DNA of 53,737 nt, taken from positions 1-53,737 of the IMG/VR virus record IMGVR_UViG_3300045988_128558; one strand, written 5' to 3'. Below, in pieces: positions 1 to 8,947 of the stretch; positions within the stretch are counted from its first letter, which is position 1; each line of letters starts with the position of its first letter. The notes beneath the pieces were generated by a model. It had not been told where the DNA came from and ran no database searches. It worked only from the letters and a program-made list of their open reading frames with translations. The position numbers were made by a program, and so were the translations under genes. Origin of the DNA: a virus.

Positions 1-55
1 TGGAACTCGGGGCGCTCTTCGCTGGTGCGGTGCGAGACGATCTTCATGCCTTCGG
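1..55. repeat. 55-nt terminal direct repeat identical to 53683..53737; the contig represents a circular or circularly permuted complete genome
   Basis: Read directly. The first 55 nt (tggaactcgg...ccttcgg) recur exactly as the last 55 nt, which looks like an assembler k-mer overlap. Confidence 0.95.
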
Positions 56-64
56 TGAGCGGCA

Positions 65-532
65 TTAGTCCTCCTGTAGGGCGAGAGCGACGTAGAGTCG
101 CCCGGAGCGGGGGGTCTGGTAGACGTCGATAATCTCTCGGATGTAGCGACCTGAGTCAGTGCTGACTACTTCCCCAAGGAGCTTACTAGAATCCTTGATG
201 CAGTCGAGGGGAACTCGCCCGGTGTGACCGGCCTGTAGCACGCGCAGGAGCAACTTGCCGTCTTCCTCCGGTCCGAAGCAGACTTCGCGGATCATCACCT
301 CATCGAGGTTACCGTTCAGGTAAACGGATGCGTAGGGGAAGCGGGCGAACGCCACGGCTCGGGTGTAGGCGTGGAGCGGGTACTCGCACTTGTCGGCTTC
401 GCCCTCGGTCAGCGTCAGCAGCTCCGGGTCGATGAGGCTTTCCATGTGCTCTCGGGTTTCCCCGGAAAGCTCCGAGTAGTTGCGCAAGGCTTCAAAAGGT
501 ACGAGGGTGTTGCGGTCGTATTTGGTGGTCAT
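65..532 (-). CDS. hypothetical protein (155 aa)
   Basis: ORF with normal amino-acid composition in the co-oriented leftward gene block. Its TAA overlaps a possible ATG of the next gene (TAATG at nt 63-67). Confidence 0.75.
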   Translation of the reverse strand: MTTKYDRNTLVPFEALRNYSELSGETREHMESLIDPELLTLTEGEADKCEYPLHAYTRAVAFARFPYASVYLNGNLDEVMIREVCFGPEEDGKLLLRVLQAGHTGRVPLDCIKDSSKLLGEVVSTDSGRYIREIIDVYQTPRSGRLYVALALQED

Positions 533-535
533 GAG

Positions 536-868
536 TTATCCTTTCTGGTTTCGGGTGCTGTCCCACCCAATCAGGTAGTGGTGGGCGTCTTGGAGCGAGC
601 GGCGTCGCACGACGGGGTCGTCACACGCTGCTGCGGTGAGGAGGCGGGAGCAAGCCAGGGCGTGCTCGGTGCTGTGGAACTCGTCTGCGTTCATCGTTAC
701 CATTGCGGCAGAGAAGTTGAGCTCTGCTACGTGCTCGTCGTCCACCTCGTGCTGACTCAAGGCAAGAGCGGTGATTCCAGCGCGGACTTGAATCACGTCG
801 AGGAAATGAGCTCCGGGGTGCAGGTTCCAGACGTCGCGGAAGGTGGCTCGCCACCCGTCGGGGAGCAT
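536..868 (-). CDS. hypothetical protein (110 aa), paralog of 913..1302; preceded in frame by TAG and a 14-codon remnant
   Basis: MLPDGWRATFRDVWNL aligns with MPDVWADAVHRVWTL of the neighbouring gene. The ATG at 868 directly follows an in-frame TAG (869-871). Confidence 0.7.
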   Translation of the reverse strand: MLPDGWRATFRDVWNLHPGAHFLDVIQVRAGITALALSQHEVDDEHVAELNFSAAMVTMNADEFHSTEHALACSRLLTAAACDDPVVRRRSLQDAHHYLIGWDSTRNQKG

Positions 869-912
869 CTAGGCCATGTACTCGCGGTTCTCGTCGTTGT
901 ACATGTAGGGCA

Positions 913-1302
913 TTAGTCTTCTTCCTTTCGTAGGGTGTTGCGCCACTCCTCAAGCCTGTTGTGTGCGTACCGCAGTTCTCGGACGCGGATTGCCCACTCG
1001 GTGTGGAGGAAGGCGGCGATGAGCTGGAACACGACCTCGGATTGTAGCTTGTGGGGGAACTGGTCGGCGTGCTCCTCGACCATGCACATTGCCGTGACGA
1101 GCCACGTACTACGGATTGGGTCCCCCTCGTGTACGCCCGGCTTTAGGGTGGTGAGCTTGTCGATGCTCCAGAGGGCGTTGTCCCAGTCCACGTCGGGTGA
1201 GTCGGGGCTCAGGGTCCAGACGCGGTGTACGGCATCCGCCCAGACATCCGGCATGGCCTTCTTGATGCGCTCGCGATTTTCGTTGGTGTAGAAGTCGGTC
1301 AT
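913..1302 (-). CDS. hypothetical protein (129 aa)
   Basis: ORF 913..1335 trimmed to the ATG at 1302 (MTDFYTNENRER...), which overlaps the TAA of the upstream gene by 1 nt. Confidence 0.7.
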   Translation of the reverse strand: MTDFYTNENRERIKKAMPDVWADAVHRVWTLSPDSPDVDWDNALWSIDKLTTLKPGVHEGDPIRSTWLVTAMCMVEEHADQFPHKLQSEVVFQLIAAFLHTEWAIRVRELRYAHNRLEEWRNTLRKEED

Positions 1303-1523
1303 TAGTTGTCCTTCTTGTTCGGTCGGGGTACCCACGCCAGCAGGGAGCGTAGCGGAGGGTACTTGCGCCGGTCAGATGCACGGCGTAAGTAGGTGTATCG
1401 GAGGGTGCGCACCGGAGGCATCTTCGGTACGGGGTAGGTGGCAACGCTCGGTGCGTCGTAGCGCCAGGCGTCGTCGGCGTTGAGCTCGCGGATGCGGGCA
1501 TCGTGTTCGGATAGGGTGGTCAT
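1302..1523 (-). CDS. hypothetical protein (73 aa)
   Basis: ORF 1302..1700 trimmed to the ATG at 1523 (MTTLSEHDARI...). That start is preceded by GAAAGGAAACC, the SD type used across this arm, and the longer form would overlap gene 1535..2521. Confidence 0.6.
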   Translation of the reverse strand: MTTLSEHDARIRELNADDAWRYDAPSVATYPVPKMPPVRTLRYTYLRRASDRRKYPPLRSLLAWVPRPNKKDN

Positions 1524-1534
1524 GTGGTTTCCTT

Positions 1535-2521
1535 TCATTCGTCTAAGGTGTCGAAGTGTTTGAGAACGGTTATTCCAATAGCACTGAGGATAGAGGCTAC
1601 CCCGCAGGCTACGGCGAGCTCCGAGCTGTACGGGCCTTGGGTTGTGTAGATGAGGCAGATCCCCACGATAGCCAGCAGCTCGACCGCGACGAGAGCCCAT
1701 CCCCAGAGGTTGCGTCGCTTTCGCTCGGGTGCTGTCTCCGGCTCGGTATCGGGCTCAGGTGCCTTATGTTCCAGCTCAAGCATTGGCGTAGGCTCCGGTT
1801 CAGTCTCGCCCTTCGGTTCGGATTTCATCCAGTGAAACACCTTCGGCAATGGCGGTACTAGCACGGCTACCTTCTTCTTCTTGCACTCCGCGCGTTCTTG
1901 ACGCTCGATAGCTTCGATTGGTGCGCCGTAGTAACCCCACACGATGAGTGAGTCATCGAAAGCGGAGTCCGAGGCACTGGGCTCTACGTAGATACCAGCG
2001 TCCTGGAGGGTTCGCCTTACTCTCTCGCGGGCGTCAGCGAGGCCCCATAGGGAGGCGTCTTTCTTGGGTAGGAGTGATAACACCCTGCCGAGCGTACCTA
2101 CCCCGACGAGCTCTCGGAGGTCAGTTCGCCCCTCGAAGGCGTTGTGGGGAGCGTTGTTAGTGACATCAGCTCCGTGAATGTGGGCGTATCGGTCGTGACG
2201 CCGTTGCTCCTCTAGAAGCTGTGGCAGGTTGAACTCAGCTAGAACACCTTTGCGATTTCGGAGGGAGAGCACTGTGCCGTCCCACTGAACCGTAGTGCCT
2301 TGGGCGGGGTCGGAGGTCCAGTTGGCGCAAGTAGGGATCTGGCTATCTAGCCACTCACGCAGCCTATTCCGCTCCTCCGAGCTGCTATAGTACCCAGAGG
2401 TACTGCTGTAAAAATACCTCTCGTAGTTGTTCTGACTGTAAGCCTCCATCAAGGCGACGACCTGCAAGAACCGAGCGGCTGTCTCAAACTCGTCCTGGGT
2501 GATGGTGTAGAAGTCTGGCAC
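1535..2521 (-). CDS. membrane-anchored hypothetical protein (328 aa; two C-terminal hydrophobic helices)
   Basis: C-terminal segments LWGWALVAVELLAIVGICLIY and LAVACGVASILSAIGITVL follow a Glu/Pro-rich linker. Confidence 0.75.
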   Translation of the reverse strand: MPDFYTITQDEFETAARFLQVVALMEAYSQNNYERYFYSSTSGYYSSSEERNRLREWLDSQIPTCANWTSDPAQGTTVQWDGTVLSLRNRKGVLAEFNLPQLLEEQRRHDRYAHIHGADVTNNAPHNAFEGRTDLRELVGVGTLGRVLSLLPKKDASLWGLADARERVRRTLQDAGIYVEPSASDSAFDDSLIVWGYYGAPIEAIERQERAECKKKKVAVLVPPLPKVFHWMKSEPKGETEPEPTPMLELEHKAPEPDTEPETAPERKRRNLWGWALVAVELLAIVGICLIYTTQGPYSSELAVACGVASILSAIGITVLKHFDTLDE

Positions 2522-2523
2522 GT

Positions 2524-3315
2524 CTACTTCCCCCGCTTCATGAGTTGTCGTGCTTCTGCTTCCAGTGCGAGCGCGTCGAGCTCGGCTTCTGCCTGCTGGT
2601 CACCGCCGAGCAGTCGGTCTGCGGCGACTTCGTTACGTCCGCGTGCCTCGGCTAGGAGCTTGGAGTCGGAGCGGAGGGGTGCGGAGCCGGAGAGCTTGGC
2701 TCGGGTGCCGGAGACGGACTCGACCAGCTCGGCGGTCTTGGTGAGTAGGTTGTTGGTCTGCTCGGTGACCAGCAGGGCGTTGAGGTTCGTCTCCTGGGCG
2801 GTGAGCACGCGCTCGATGTCGGTCAGTACGTCGCGCTGTCGCTCTAGCTCTTCTTCGAGAGTGTCTGCGGCAGCTTCGTTGCTCTTCATCTGCACGATGC
2901 GGCGGTGTACCTCCGGGTCGCTCGGCTCGCCTGCCCAGTCCTCAATTTCTTTCCGAAGTCGGGCGGCGGCGTTGCGGTTGTGGTTGCGCTCGCGTTCGAG
3001 TCGGTTGCATCCTTCTACGACTTTGCCGTGGTCGAGCCGGAGCGCGGCTACGTCGGCCTGTAGCTTGGTGATGTCGGGGTTGTTAGTAGCCATGTAGAGG
3101 TCAGCTCCAATCAGTCGTAGGTAGAGGTGGGCTTTGGGGGTGTAGGGTGCGAACGTCACCAGGGCTTCGTAGCAGGTTTTCTGGATCTGCGCGGAGTCGA
3201 ACGTGGACAAGTTCCCGGCGAGCCAGGACTTGAGCTTGGGGTCGCCGGTGGTAAGCCAGGTTCGGCGCAGGTCGGAGAGGGCGAAGAGCCAGTCGGCGTT
3301 GTCGGGGATGTCCAT
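2524..3315 (-). CDS. hypothetical coiled-coil protein (263 aa)
   Basis: Long Ala/Glu/Leu/Arg-rich heptad-like stretches. The stop lies 2 nt before the next start. Confidence 0.75.
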   Translation of the reverse strand: MDIPDNADWLFALSDLRRTWLTTGDPKLKSWLAGNLSTFDSAQIQKTCYEALVTFAPYTPKAHLYLRLIGADLYMATNNPDITKLQADVAALRLDHGKVVEGCNRLERERNHNRNAAARLRKEIEDWAGEPSDPEVHRRIVQMKSNEAAADTLEEELERQRDVLTDIERVLTAQETNLNALLVTEQTNNLLTKTAELVESVSGTRAKLSGSAPLRSDSKLLAEARGRNEVAADRLLGGDQQAEAELDALALEAEARQLMKRGK

Positions 3316-3331
3316 GTCGTGTCCTTTCGGT

Positions 3332-3436
3332 TTAGGCGGTAAGGATGTTCAGCGGCGTGACTGCCAGTAGTAGAGCCAGTACCAGCGCTCCGTTGAGCAG
3401 GAGCAGGTGGGCTTCGTCGGTGAGCGTGCTAAGCAT
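3332..3436 (-). CDS. possible small membrane peptide (34 aa, MLSTLTDEAHLLLLNGALVLALLLAVTPLNILTA)
   Basis: Hand-translated and below the ORF-track size cutoff. The ATG overlaps the TGA of upstream gene 3436..4158 (TGATG), and the peptide has a hydrophobic core. Confidence 0.4.
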   Translation of the reverse strand: MLSTLTDEAHLLLLNGALVLALLLAVTPLNILTA

Positions 3437-4158
3437 CAGTACCTATCCAAATCAAACGGCAGTTCATACATTGAGATGATGTAGGGTTCGCCGTCCACTT
3501 CGCCCGTTTCGAGTACGTAGCGCCCGGATTCGGTGTACCAACCCTTGAGCTCGGGAAGCTTGTTCGCGGGGACGCGGAGGTAGGGATCTTGGAAGTCGAC
3601 GAACTCTAGGGGCCGGTCGTGCGCGTCGTAGACGGTGGTGCGGATGCCACGGTGGATTCGGTACACGTCTCCGTATTCGCCCATCTGGTACCCGACGGTT
3701 CGTCCTGTGTGGGTTTTCAGCAGCTCCTTGAGGTAGTTGCGGACGGTGCGGGGTTCGCCCGACTCCTGGAGCCGTGTTTGGGCGGCAAAGAATTGATTAT
3801 CATCTGTGTTTAGGAAGTCGAAGGTGACGATGCGGTGTACGAGCACGGCGTGTAGTTCGTCGCTGAGGGGGTAGTTGCCGCGCATCGTGACGTTGTTGCG
3901 TAGCAGCTGGTAGGTGTCGGTCTTGGTGAACTTGCGGGCGAGGTCGAAGCCGTAGCTGTTCTTGAGCGGGTGGGCTTCCTTAGCTCGTTCGTCTTGGGCA
4001 CCCGTGCTGAGCATGAGGTCGAAGTGCTCCTCCCATACGTCAAAGGAGATGTACCGTTCCGGGTTGGTCTTGAGGTCAAACAAGCCTTTCAGGTAGGCGG
4101 AGCACCACTGGTAACGCTCGTGGTAGGTTTCGCTGATGTCTTCGGGTACGAAGCTCAT
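3436..4158 (-). CDS. hypothetical protein (240 aa)
   Basis: ORF with balanced composition. Its start overlaps the upstream stop by 4 nt (ATGA). Confidence 0.75.
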   Translation of the reverse strand: MSFVPEDISETYHERYQWCSAYLKGLFDLKTNPERYISFDVWEEHFDLMLSTGAQDERAKEAHPLKNSYGFDLARKFTKTDTYQLLRNNVTMRGNYPLSDELHAVLVHRIVTFDFLNTDDNQFFAAQTRLQESGEPRTVRNYLKELLKTHTGRTVGYQMGEYGDVYRIHRGIRTTVYDAHDRPLEFVDFQDPYLRVPANKLPELKGWYTESGRYVLETGEVDGEPYIISMYELPFDLDRY

Positions 4159-4532
4159 GAGTTATTCTCCTCGGGTAGGGGGTGTAGGGTGATGAGGTGT
4201 TCCCACTTCTTGCAACCGAGCATGTCGTTCTTCAAGACGTTGTATGCGTACTCGCGGATGGAGTCGCAGGTAGGCTCGGGGCGCTCGGGTCGGTAGGCTT
4301 CCTGTTCGCCTACACGTTCCTTCCAGTACCACCAGTGGGTAGTCCAGAAGTTTTCGCCACACTCAGTGCATTTGGTGTCGGCGGCTACTTCCTCAGCCCA
4401 CAGCAGGGGTTCGTGGAGGTACCGCTGGGTGTCTTCGAGCTCAGAGATGATGTCCTCATATGTGCCGTCGAAGGTCAGCGTTTCGTGGTGCTTGAGAGTG
4501 TTCACCGTCAAGCGGTATTTCTGTTCGGTCAT
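4155..4532 (-). CDS. hypothetical protein (125 aa)
   Basis: ORF in the co-oriented block. It contains a Cys pair (CTEC) and a Trp-rich segment. Confidence 0.7.
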   Translation of the reverse strand: MTEQKYRLTVNTLKHHETLTFDGTYEDIISELEDTQRYLHEPLLWAEEVAADTKCTECGENFWTTHWWYWKERVGEQEAYRPERPEPTCDSIREYAYNVLKNDMLGCKKWEHLITLHPLPEENNS

Positions 4533-4595
4533 GATGTGTTCCTTATCGGTCGGTCTTGGTCAGTAGTGCGAGGAGGAAGCCGAGGTAGCCCACGG

Positions 4596-4979
4596 TCAGT
4601 CTCCCTTCCGGCGGCGGGGGAGGTGAGCACCCAAGACGGGGGTGATACCCAGCACTACGGAGGAGACGAAGGAGAGGGCGGCGAGAGCGTCTCCCTTTGA
4701 CACTCCCCAACTTATCCACCAGCACAGGCAGACAAGGGCTTGCGCCGCGCCAGCTAACATGCCGAGGATGGAGAGGAGGAAGTAGGAGAAGTAAGCGCTG
4801 GAGGTTTCTCCTTCGGCAACTTCGCCAGACATCTTGGCTTCCTTGTCGAGGGCTCGTAGGGGACTGAGGATGAAGTATCCAGCCGCCACGTTTACGACAA
4901 GGAGCACAGCCAGCACCACGAGCGGGTGGACGAGCCGGGCGGCAGACTCGAAGCTGAACGTGTTGAGCCAGTCAATCAC
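4596..4979 (-). CDS. integral membrane protein (127 aa, about 3 hydrophobic helices)
   Basis: GTG start 2 nt after the upstream stop. Hydrophobic segments include LVVLAVLLVVNVAAGYFIL and FLLSILGMLAGAAQALVCLCWWI. Confidence 0.65.
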   Translation of the reverse strand: MIDWLNTFSFESAARLVHPLVVLAVLLVVNVAAGYFILSPLRALDKEAKMSGEVAEGETSSAYFSYFLLSILGMLAGAAQALVCLCWWISWGVSKGDALAALSFVSSVVLGITPVLGAHLPRRRKGD

Positions 4980-4981
4980 GG

Positions 4982-5512
4982 CTAACCGACCTCCTGAGCC
5001 ACGCGCTCGACCAGCACGAAGCTACCGAAGGGTAGGCGGGTCTTCACGGTGGCGCCGCCTGCAATGGTTGCCTCGTCGCCGTCGCTCTCAATGTAGCGGC
5101 AGATGCGGTAGTGCCCACGGTACGGCAGGTCTGACAGTTCGCCGTCGAGGATCGTGTCGGGTCGTACCTCACCGCGCACCTTGAGGTTGCCGAGGTTGCC
5201 CGCGGAGTTATCCAGGTGAAGCCACAGGGCGCGCTCGCCGTTGAGAAGGTCGAGTCCGTAGGGGGTGAGGGAGGCGAGGAACAGCTCGGGGGAGTCGGTG
5301 TCTTCGCCCAGTGCCAGCGGTAGGTTGGTGTCGGAGGTGCCGCGCACCTGTAGCATGGCGGTTAGAATCTCGTCGGCGGTGGCGTACAGGGGAATCGCTC
5401 CCAGCGCCGCCTGGATAATCTCGGGTCGCTCGAAGGCGGCGAGGTAGGGGGAGTACGCCACGTCGGGGGTATCGTCGGTGAAGCGTAGAGCGTCGAAGGT
5501 CTTTACGGTCAT
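4982..5512 (-). CDS. hypothetical protein (176 aa)
   Basis: ORF in the co-oriented block with balanced composition. Confidence 0.75.
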   Translation of the reverse strand: MTVKTFDALRFTDDTPDVAYSPYLAAFERPEIIQAALGAIPLYATADEILTAMLQVRGTSDTNLPLALGEDTDSPELFLASLTPYGLDLLNGERALWLHLDNSAGNLGNLKVRGEVRPDTILDGELSDLPYRGHYRICRYIESDGDEATIAGGATVKTRLPFGSFVLVERVAQEVG

Positions 5513-5524
5513 GGGGTGTGTTCC

Positions 5525-6052
5525 TTACTTGTCGTTGTTTCGGCGGAAGACGTGGGTGATAACGCCGTCCCCACGGGCAGAATGGATGTGTCCATACGGG
5601 GCTGTTCCCCACGGGTCGCCGGTATTCTCGTAGCCGGGCAGAGAGCGGATAAGCTCGCGCTCGTAATCGTCCAGGAACCACACCATGTCGTCCATTTCGT
5701 GCAGTGCCCACAGCACCGCGTTCTGGAAGGCGGGGACGTGCTGACCGGGGGTGAAGTGCGAGAAGTTATCGCTATCGTCCGGTGCGGTGCCCTCGACTCG
5801 CTCAACGCGGTTGTGAAGCGGGGTACCGTCGAACATTGCGGTGTCCAGTCCGTCGCAGAGGGTCAGCTCGCCGGTGTGCTTGGTCACCGTGTCGCCTGCG
5901 TAGGTTGTGACTTCGCAGGGTAGGTCGGTGAAGTCTTCGGTGAACCACGGGATGCGGAACTCAACCACCGCGTACTTCGGTTCGTTAGCCAACGCGAACC
6001 ACCGCCTTACACACCACGTCGCCGTAAGTGTCCAGCTCGAAGCCGAGGTCAT
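5525..6052 (-). CDS. hypothetical protein (175 aa as drawn; start uncertain)
   Basis: The ATG at 6052 overlaps the upstream gene by 68 nt. An in-frame TTG at 5992 would reduce the overlap to 8 nt. Confidence 0.6.
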   Translation of the reverse strand: MTSASSWTLTATWCVRRWFALANEPKYAVVEFRIPWFTEDFTDLPCEVTTYAGDTVTKHTGELTLCDGLDTAMFDGTPLHNRVERVEGTAPDDSDNFSHFTPGQHVPAFQNAVLWALHEMDDMVWFLDDYERELIRSLPGYENTGDPWGTAPYGHIHSARGDGVITHVFRRNNDK

Positions 6053-6917
6053 CAGCAGAGCCGAGCACCTTCACGTGGGAGTCAAGGGAGACAGTACCCC
6101 ACAGTCCGGTGTTAGCAAGCCCAATCATTAGCTCCGTTCGGGCTGCTTCGGGGATACGGTACACAGTCTCGCGGCGGTAAGGACGCGCGGGGGAGCCTGA
6201 ATATACTACTTCGGAGCGGTCAAGGAAGCCGTCGGTAACCCAGGTCTCGCGGGCGGAGCCTACAACTTCGGGGTCATAGAAGAAGCCGTCCATGTCCCAA
6301 TCCCAGAGCATCATCTGGAAGTGTGCTTCCATGTCCCAGGTCTCGGGGCGGAGCAACACTCGCACCTCGCGCCAGCGTCCGGGGTGTACCCAGACACAGG
6401 GCTTACCGTCTTCGGTGGAGCCGGGCACCAGCTCGAACAGGTCATGTACCTGTGACAGGTAATCCTCACTCAGCCCCGACCAGAAGTCGGGTACCGCGTC
6501 GGCGTTGCTGTCGGGTTCGTCGCTGATGGGCACCACGGGTAGGTACAAGCCCTTGCTCTGGAGCCATTCACGCGCCGTTTCGTCGGTCGAGTAATCGACA
6601 ATCAGGCTGTGGTAGAAGCTGGACAGAGCCTCGCAACAATCGTCGGTGCCGCCGATAAGCCGGGAACACAGCTCACGCCATAGTCGGTCTTCTTCCGCGT
6701 ACAATTCCTCGTCGGTGTGCCCGGCTTCTTCGTACTCTGCCAGGCGTTCGCCCATCTCTGAAATTTCGCCGTTCATATGGGAGCCAAGGAACAGCGCGTC
6801 GGGCGTAGAGTCCGTGCGCAACGTGAGATGGTCGTTCAACTCATACTCAAGCAACAGGGGGAACGGCTCGAAGCCAATACCGTATGAGGTGGTGGATATG
6901 GGGGGCATGGTGGACAT
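5985..6917 (-). CDS. hypothetical acidic protein (310 aa)
   Basis: ORF 5985..6932 trimmed to the ATG at 6917 (MSTMPPIST...), which is preceded by GAAAGGA 6 nt upstream. It is the first gene after tRNA-like element R1. Confidence 0.75.
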   Translation of the reverse strand: MSTMPPISTTSYGIGFEPFPLLLEYELNDHLTLRTDSTPDALFLGSHMNGEISEMGERLAEYEEAGHTDEELYAEEDRLWRELCSRLIGGTDDCCEALSSFYHSLIVDYSTDETAREWLQSKGLYLPVVPISDEPDSNADAVPDFWSGLSEDYLSQVHDLFELVPGSTEDGKPCVWVHPGRWREVRVLLRPETWDMEAHFQMMLWDWDMDGFFYDPEVVGSARETWVTDGFLDRSEVVYSGSPARPYRRETVYRIPEAARTELMIGLANTGLWGTVSLDSHVKVLGSADDLGFELDTYGDVVCKAVVRVG

Positions 6918-6975
6918 GGTACGTCCTTTCAACTAGGGGGTTACAGGGGAGCGCCGCTCACTACAGGGGCGCTAG

Positions 6976-7034
6976 TTCCCCGGCGCGGAGTCGAACCGTG
7001 CCTACGTGGTGAGTGTAGCCAACCGTGGCGGGGA
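6976..7034 (-). ncRNA. tRNA-like element R1 (59 nt, no canonical anticodon arm)
   Basis: Minus strand reads TCCCCG-[27 nt, with ACGGTTGG and a small hairpin CTAC/GTAG]-GCACGG TTCGACT CCGCGC CGGGGA A. That is a 6-bp acceptor-like stem plus a 6-bp T-like stem (one A.C mismatch), a T-loop heptamer TTCGACT and discriminator A. Confidence 0.55.
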
Positions 7035-7066
7035 TACCGGAAGGGATTATCGGTTATGTGCGGTGC

Positions 7067-7345
7067 TTACTTGGTTACGGCGGGGTGAATCACCTCCAAT
7101 CCGTCGGGGATAGGGCGCGGCTTCTTCGCCGGGGTAGAGGTAATCACCGGGCGGTCATCAACGAACTCAACCGAGTCACGGAAGACCCGCAGGGTGTACA
7201 GTTCTTCGCGGGCGTGCTGTAGTTCGCGCTGTTGCCAGATGTACAGGGCAAGCACACCGGCGGCTATTATCAACACCACCACCGAAGCAATGAAGATAAG
7301 GGCGGGGATAGTGTCCAAGGTGTATGTCCTTTCTAGCATTGGCAA
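7067..7345 (-). CDS. small membrane protein (92 aa; alternative ATG at 7339)
   Basis: TTG start in the ORF track, with an ATG two codons downstream. One strong hydrophobic helix: IPALIFIASVVVLIIAAGVLALYIW. Confidence 0.65.
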   Translation of the reverse strand: MPMLERTYTLDTIPALIFIASVVVLIIAAGVLALYIWQQRELQHAREELYTLRVFRDSVEFVDDRPVITSTPAKKPRPIPDGLEVIHPAVTK

Positions 7346-7803
7346 ATTTCTTCACCGTCCGTATTCATAATCTCGACGCATCGGTCAATCTCATCAAGGG
7401 GCGCGCCGAACAGGGCGGAAGTCCAGCTGTCACAGCGCAACGCGAAGGCGTCAAGTTTCAGCTTCAACCCGAACAGAGAGTCGCCTACATACGGTTCCGG
7501 GTCGGGTTCGTATTCCTGTGCGCCGCGGATAAAGAGCACGTCAATGTCAGGTGCCAGCTCTTCCGGCACCCAATCGCGCACATAGGATTCTTCGATCTCG
7601 TCGCCCGCTTCCTCTCGGTGCCAGGCGATAACCGCGTAGTACTTGGTCTTGTGCAGGTCGCCGTAGGTACCGTCGCGGTTCGGTAGACGGTACGTCGAGG
7701 ACAGCAGGCGCACCTTGGGTGCAATACCGGCACGCGCCAGAGCAGCTACAGCCTTTCGGAAGCCCTCGATACGGGACGGGGGGATAGTGGGGTAATCAGT
7801 CAT
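7333..7803 (-). CDS. hypothetical protein (156 aa)
   Basis: ORF preceded by GGAG 8 nt upstream of the ATG. Confidence 0.75.
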   Translation of the reverse strand: MTDYPTIPPSRIEGFRKAVAALARAGIAPKVRLLSSTYRLPNRDGTYGDLHKTKYYAVIAWHREEAGDEIEESYVRDWVPEELAPDIDVLFIRGAQEYEPDPEPYVGDSLFGLKLKLDAFALRCDSWTSALFGAPLDEIDRCVEIMNTDGEEICQC

Positions 7804-7824
7804 TAGTCAATCTCCAATCCTGCA

Positions 7825-8130
7825 TCACTGAACGCCTTGCGTACCGCGCCGTCGCCGGTCGATACCGGCGGTAAAGGTGTAGAGTTCACGCGCTTCGGAG
7901 CGGCGGAACTTTGTAGGGTTGGTAAGACCCAAGGTATCCAGCACACCCATAAAGCGGCGGTGCTGTTCAAAGGTGATACCGAAGGTACGGCGCGCCGTCC
8001 ATTTGTTATCGCGGACAAACACCACCGCGAGGTTGTGCAAGCGCCAGCGGTCTAGTGCCTTCTTGAGTTCGCCGCTCTCAGCGGCGGCGAGTATTGCCGC
8101 GCGGGTATCTGCATGAGGTACCTTGTACAT
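7825..8130 (-). CDS. hypothetical protein (101 aa)
   Basis: ATG at 8130 preceded by GGAAGGAAACC. It is the first gene after tRNA-like element R2. Confidence 0.7.
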   Translation of the reverse strand: MYKVPHADTRAAILAAAESGELKKALDRWRLHNLAVVFVRDNKWTARRTFGITFEQHRRFMGVLDTLGLTNPTKFRRSEARELYTFTAGIDRRRRGTQGVQ

Positions 8131-8180
8131 AGTGGTTTCCTTCCAGTAGGGGGTTACATAAGCGCCAGGGATAGCGCAAG

Positions 8181-8223
8181 CGCCCGCCGGTGGAGTCGAA
8201 CCACCGGGTATGACCGTCCGGGC
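8181..8223 (-). ncRNA. tRNA-like element R2 (43 nt)
   Basis: Minus strand reads GCCCG-[GACGGTCATAC]-CCGGTGG TTCGACT CCACCGG CGGGC G. The 5-bp and 7-bp stems total 12 bp, with T-loop TTCGACT. Confidence 0.55.
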
Positions 8224-8231
8224 TGTCCAGG

Positions 8232-8846
8232 TTACGCCTGGGCTACGGGGTATTCACGATAGATTTTCGCCGCGAAGAACACTTCATCTCGACCAGCGAA
8301 GCGGGGCTTGTGTTCGTCTGGGCACGCCCCGGTAATCTCAAGGTTCCATTCTTGGTTGGTACCGAACAGGTCGTTGAGCTTACCATGTACGCCCCATTCC
8401 AGAGCGCCCTTGAACTCAGAGCTGGACATCACGGCGCGGGTGAAGTCTTCCCAGAAGACCGCGGGTTCGCCATTTTCACGGTGAATGTCGTTTTCAGGGA
8501 ACACACCCACAAGTTCCGGGCGGTCGCCCGGTTCCATGTCTGAATCATTCCATACACCGAAGTTATCAAAGAACTCTTCAAAGGCGGCGGGCGGCTTCAC
8601 CTCGCTACCGTAGATGTTGTCGAAGTCGAAGTCATCAAACTCATTACCGGCGTTGCCATAGTAACCGAACTCACTGATAAGATTTTCCACCGCATCACCG
8701 CTGATGTCAGGGCGCGGTAGAAGTGACCATTCCGGGTAGTAGCACCAATCGGTGTACTGATGGGTACAGTCCACCACCAGGATTACGTCGAACTCAAGGC
8801 GGGGTACCAACCCTTCATCAGTGGGACGGTGCGTAAGGTTGAACAT
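8232..8846 (-). CDS. hypothetical acidic protein (204 aa)
   Basis: ORF preceded by GGAAGGAAAT. It is the first gene after element R3. Confidence 0.75.
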   Translation of the reverse strand: MFNLTHRPTDEGLVPRLEFDVILVVDCTHQYTDWCYYPEWSLLPRPDISGDAVENLISEFGYYGNAGNEFDDFDFDNIYGSEVKPPAAFEEFFDNFGVWNDSDMEPGDRPELVGVFPENDIHRENGEPAVFWEDFTRAVMSSSEFKGALEWGVHGKLNDLFGTNQEWNLEITGACPDEHKPRFAGRDEVFFAAKIYREYPVAQA

Positions 8847-8892
8847 GATAATTTCCTTCCAGTAGGGGGTTTGGTGCGCTAGGGTGCGCTAG

Positions 8893-8938
8893 TACCCGCC
8901 GCCGGAATTGCACCGGCGCAAAGCCACTACGGGCGGGC
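8893..8938 (-). ncRNA. tRNA-like element R3 (46 nt)
   Basis: Minus strand reads GCCCGCC-[CGTAGTGGCTTTGC]-GCCGG TGCAATT CCGGC GGCGGGT A. The 7-bp stem (G.U at 1:72) and 5-bp stem total 12 bp, with heptaloop TGCAATT. Confidence 0.5.
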
Positions 8939-8947
8939 TGTCCAGGG

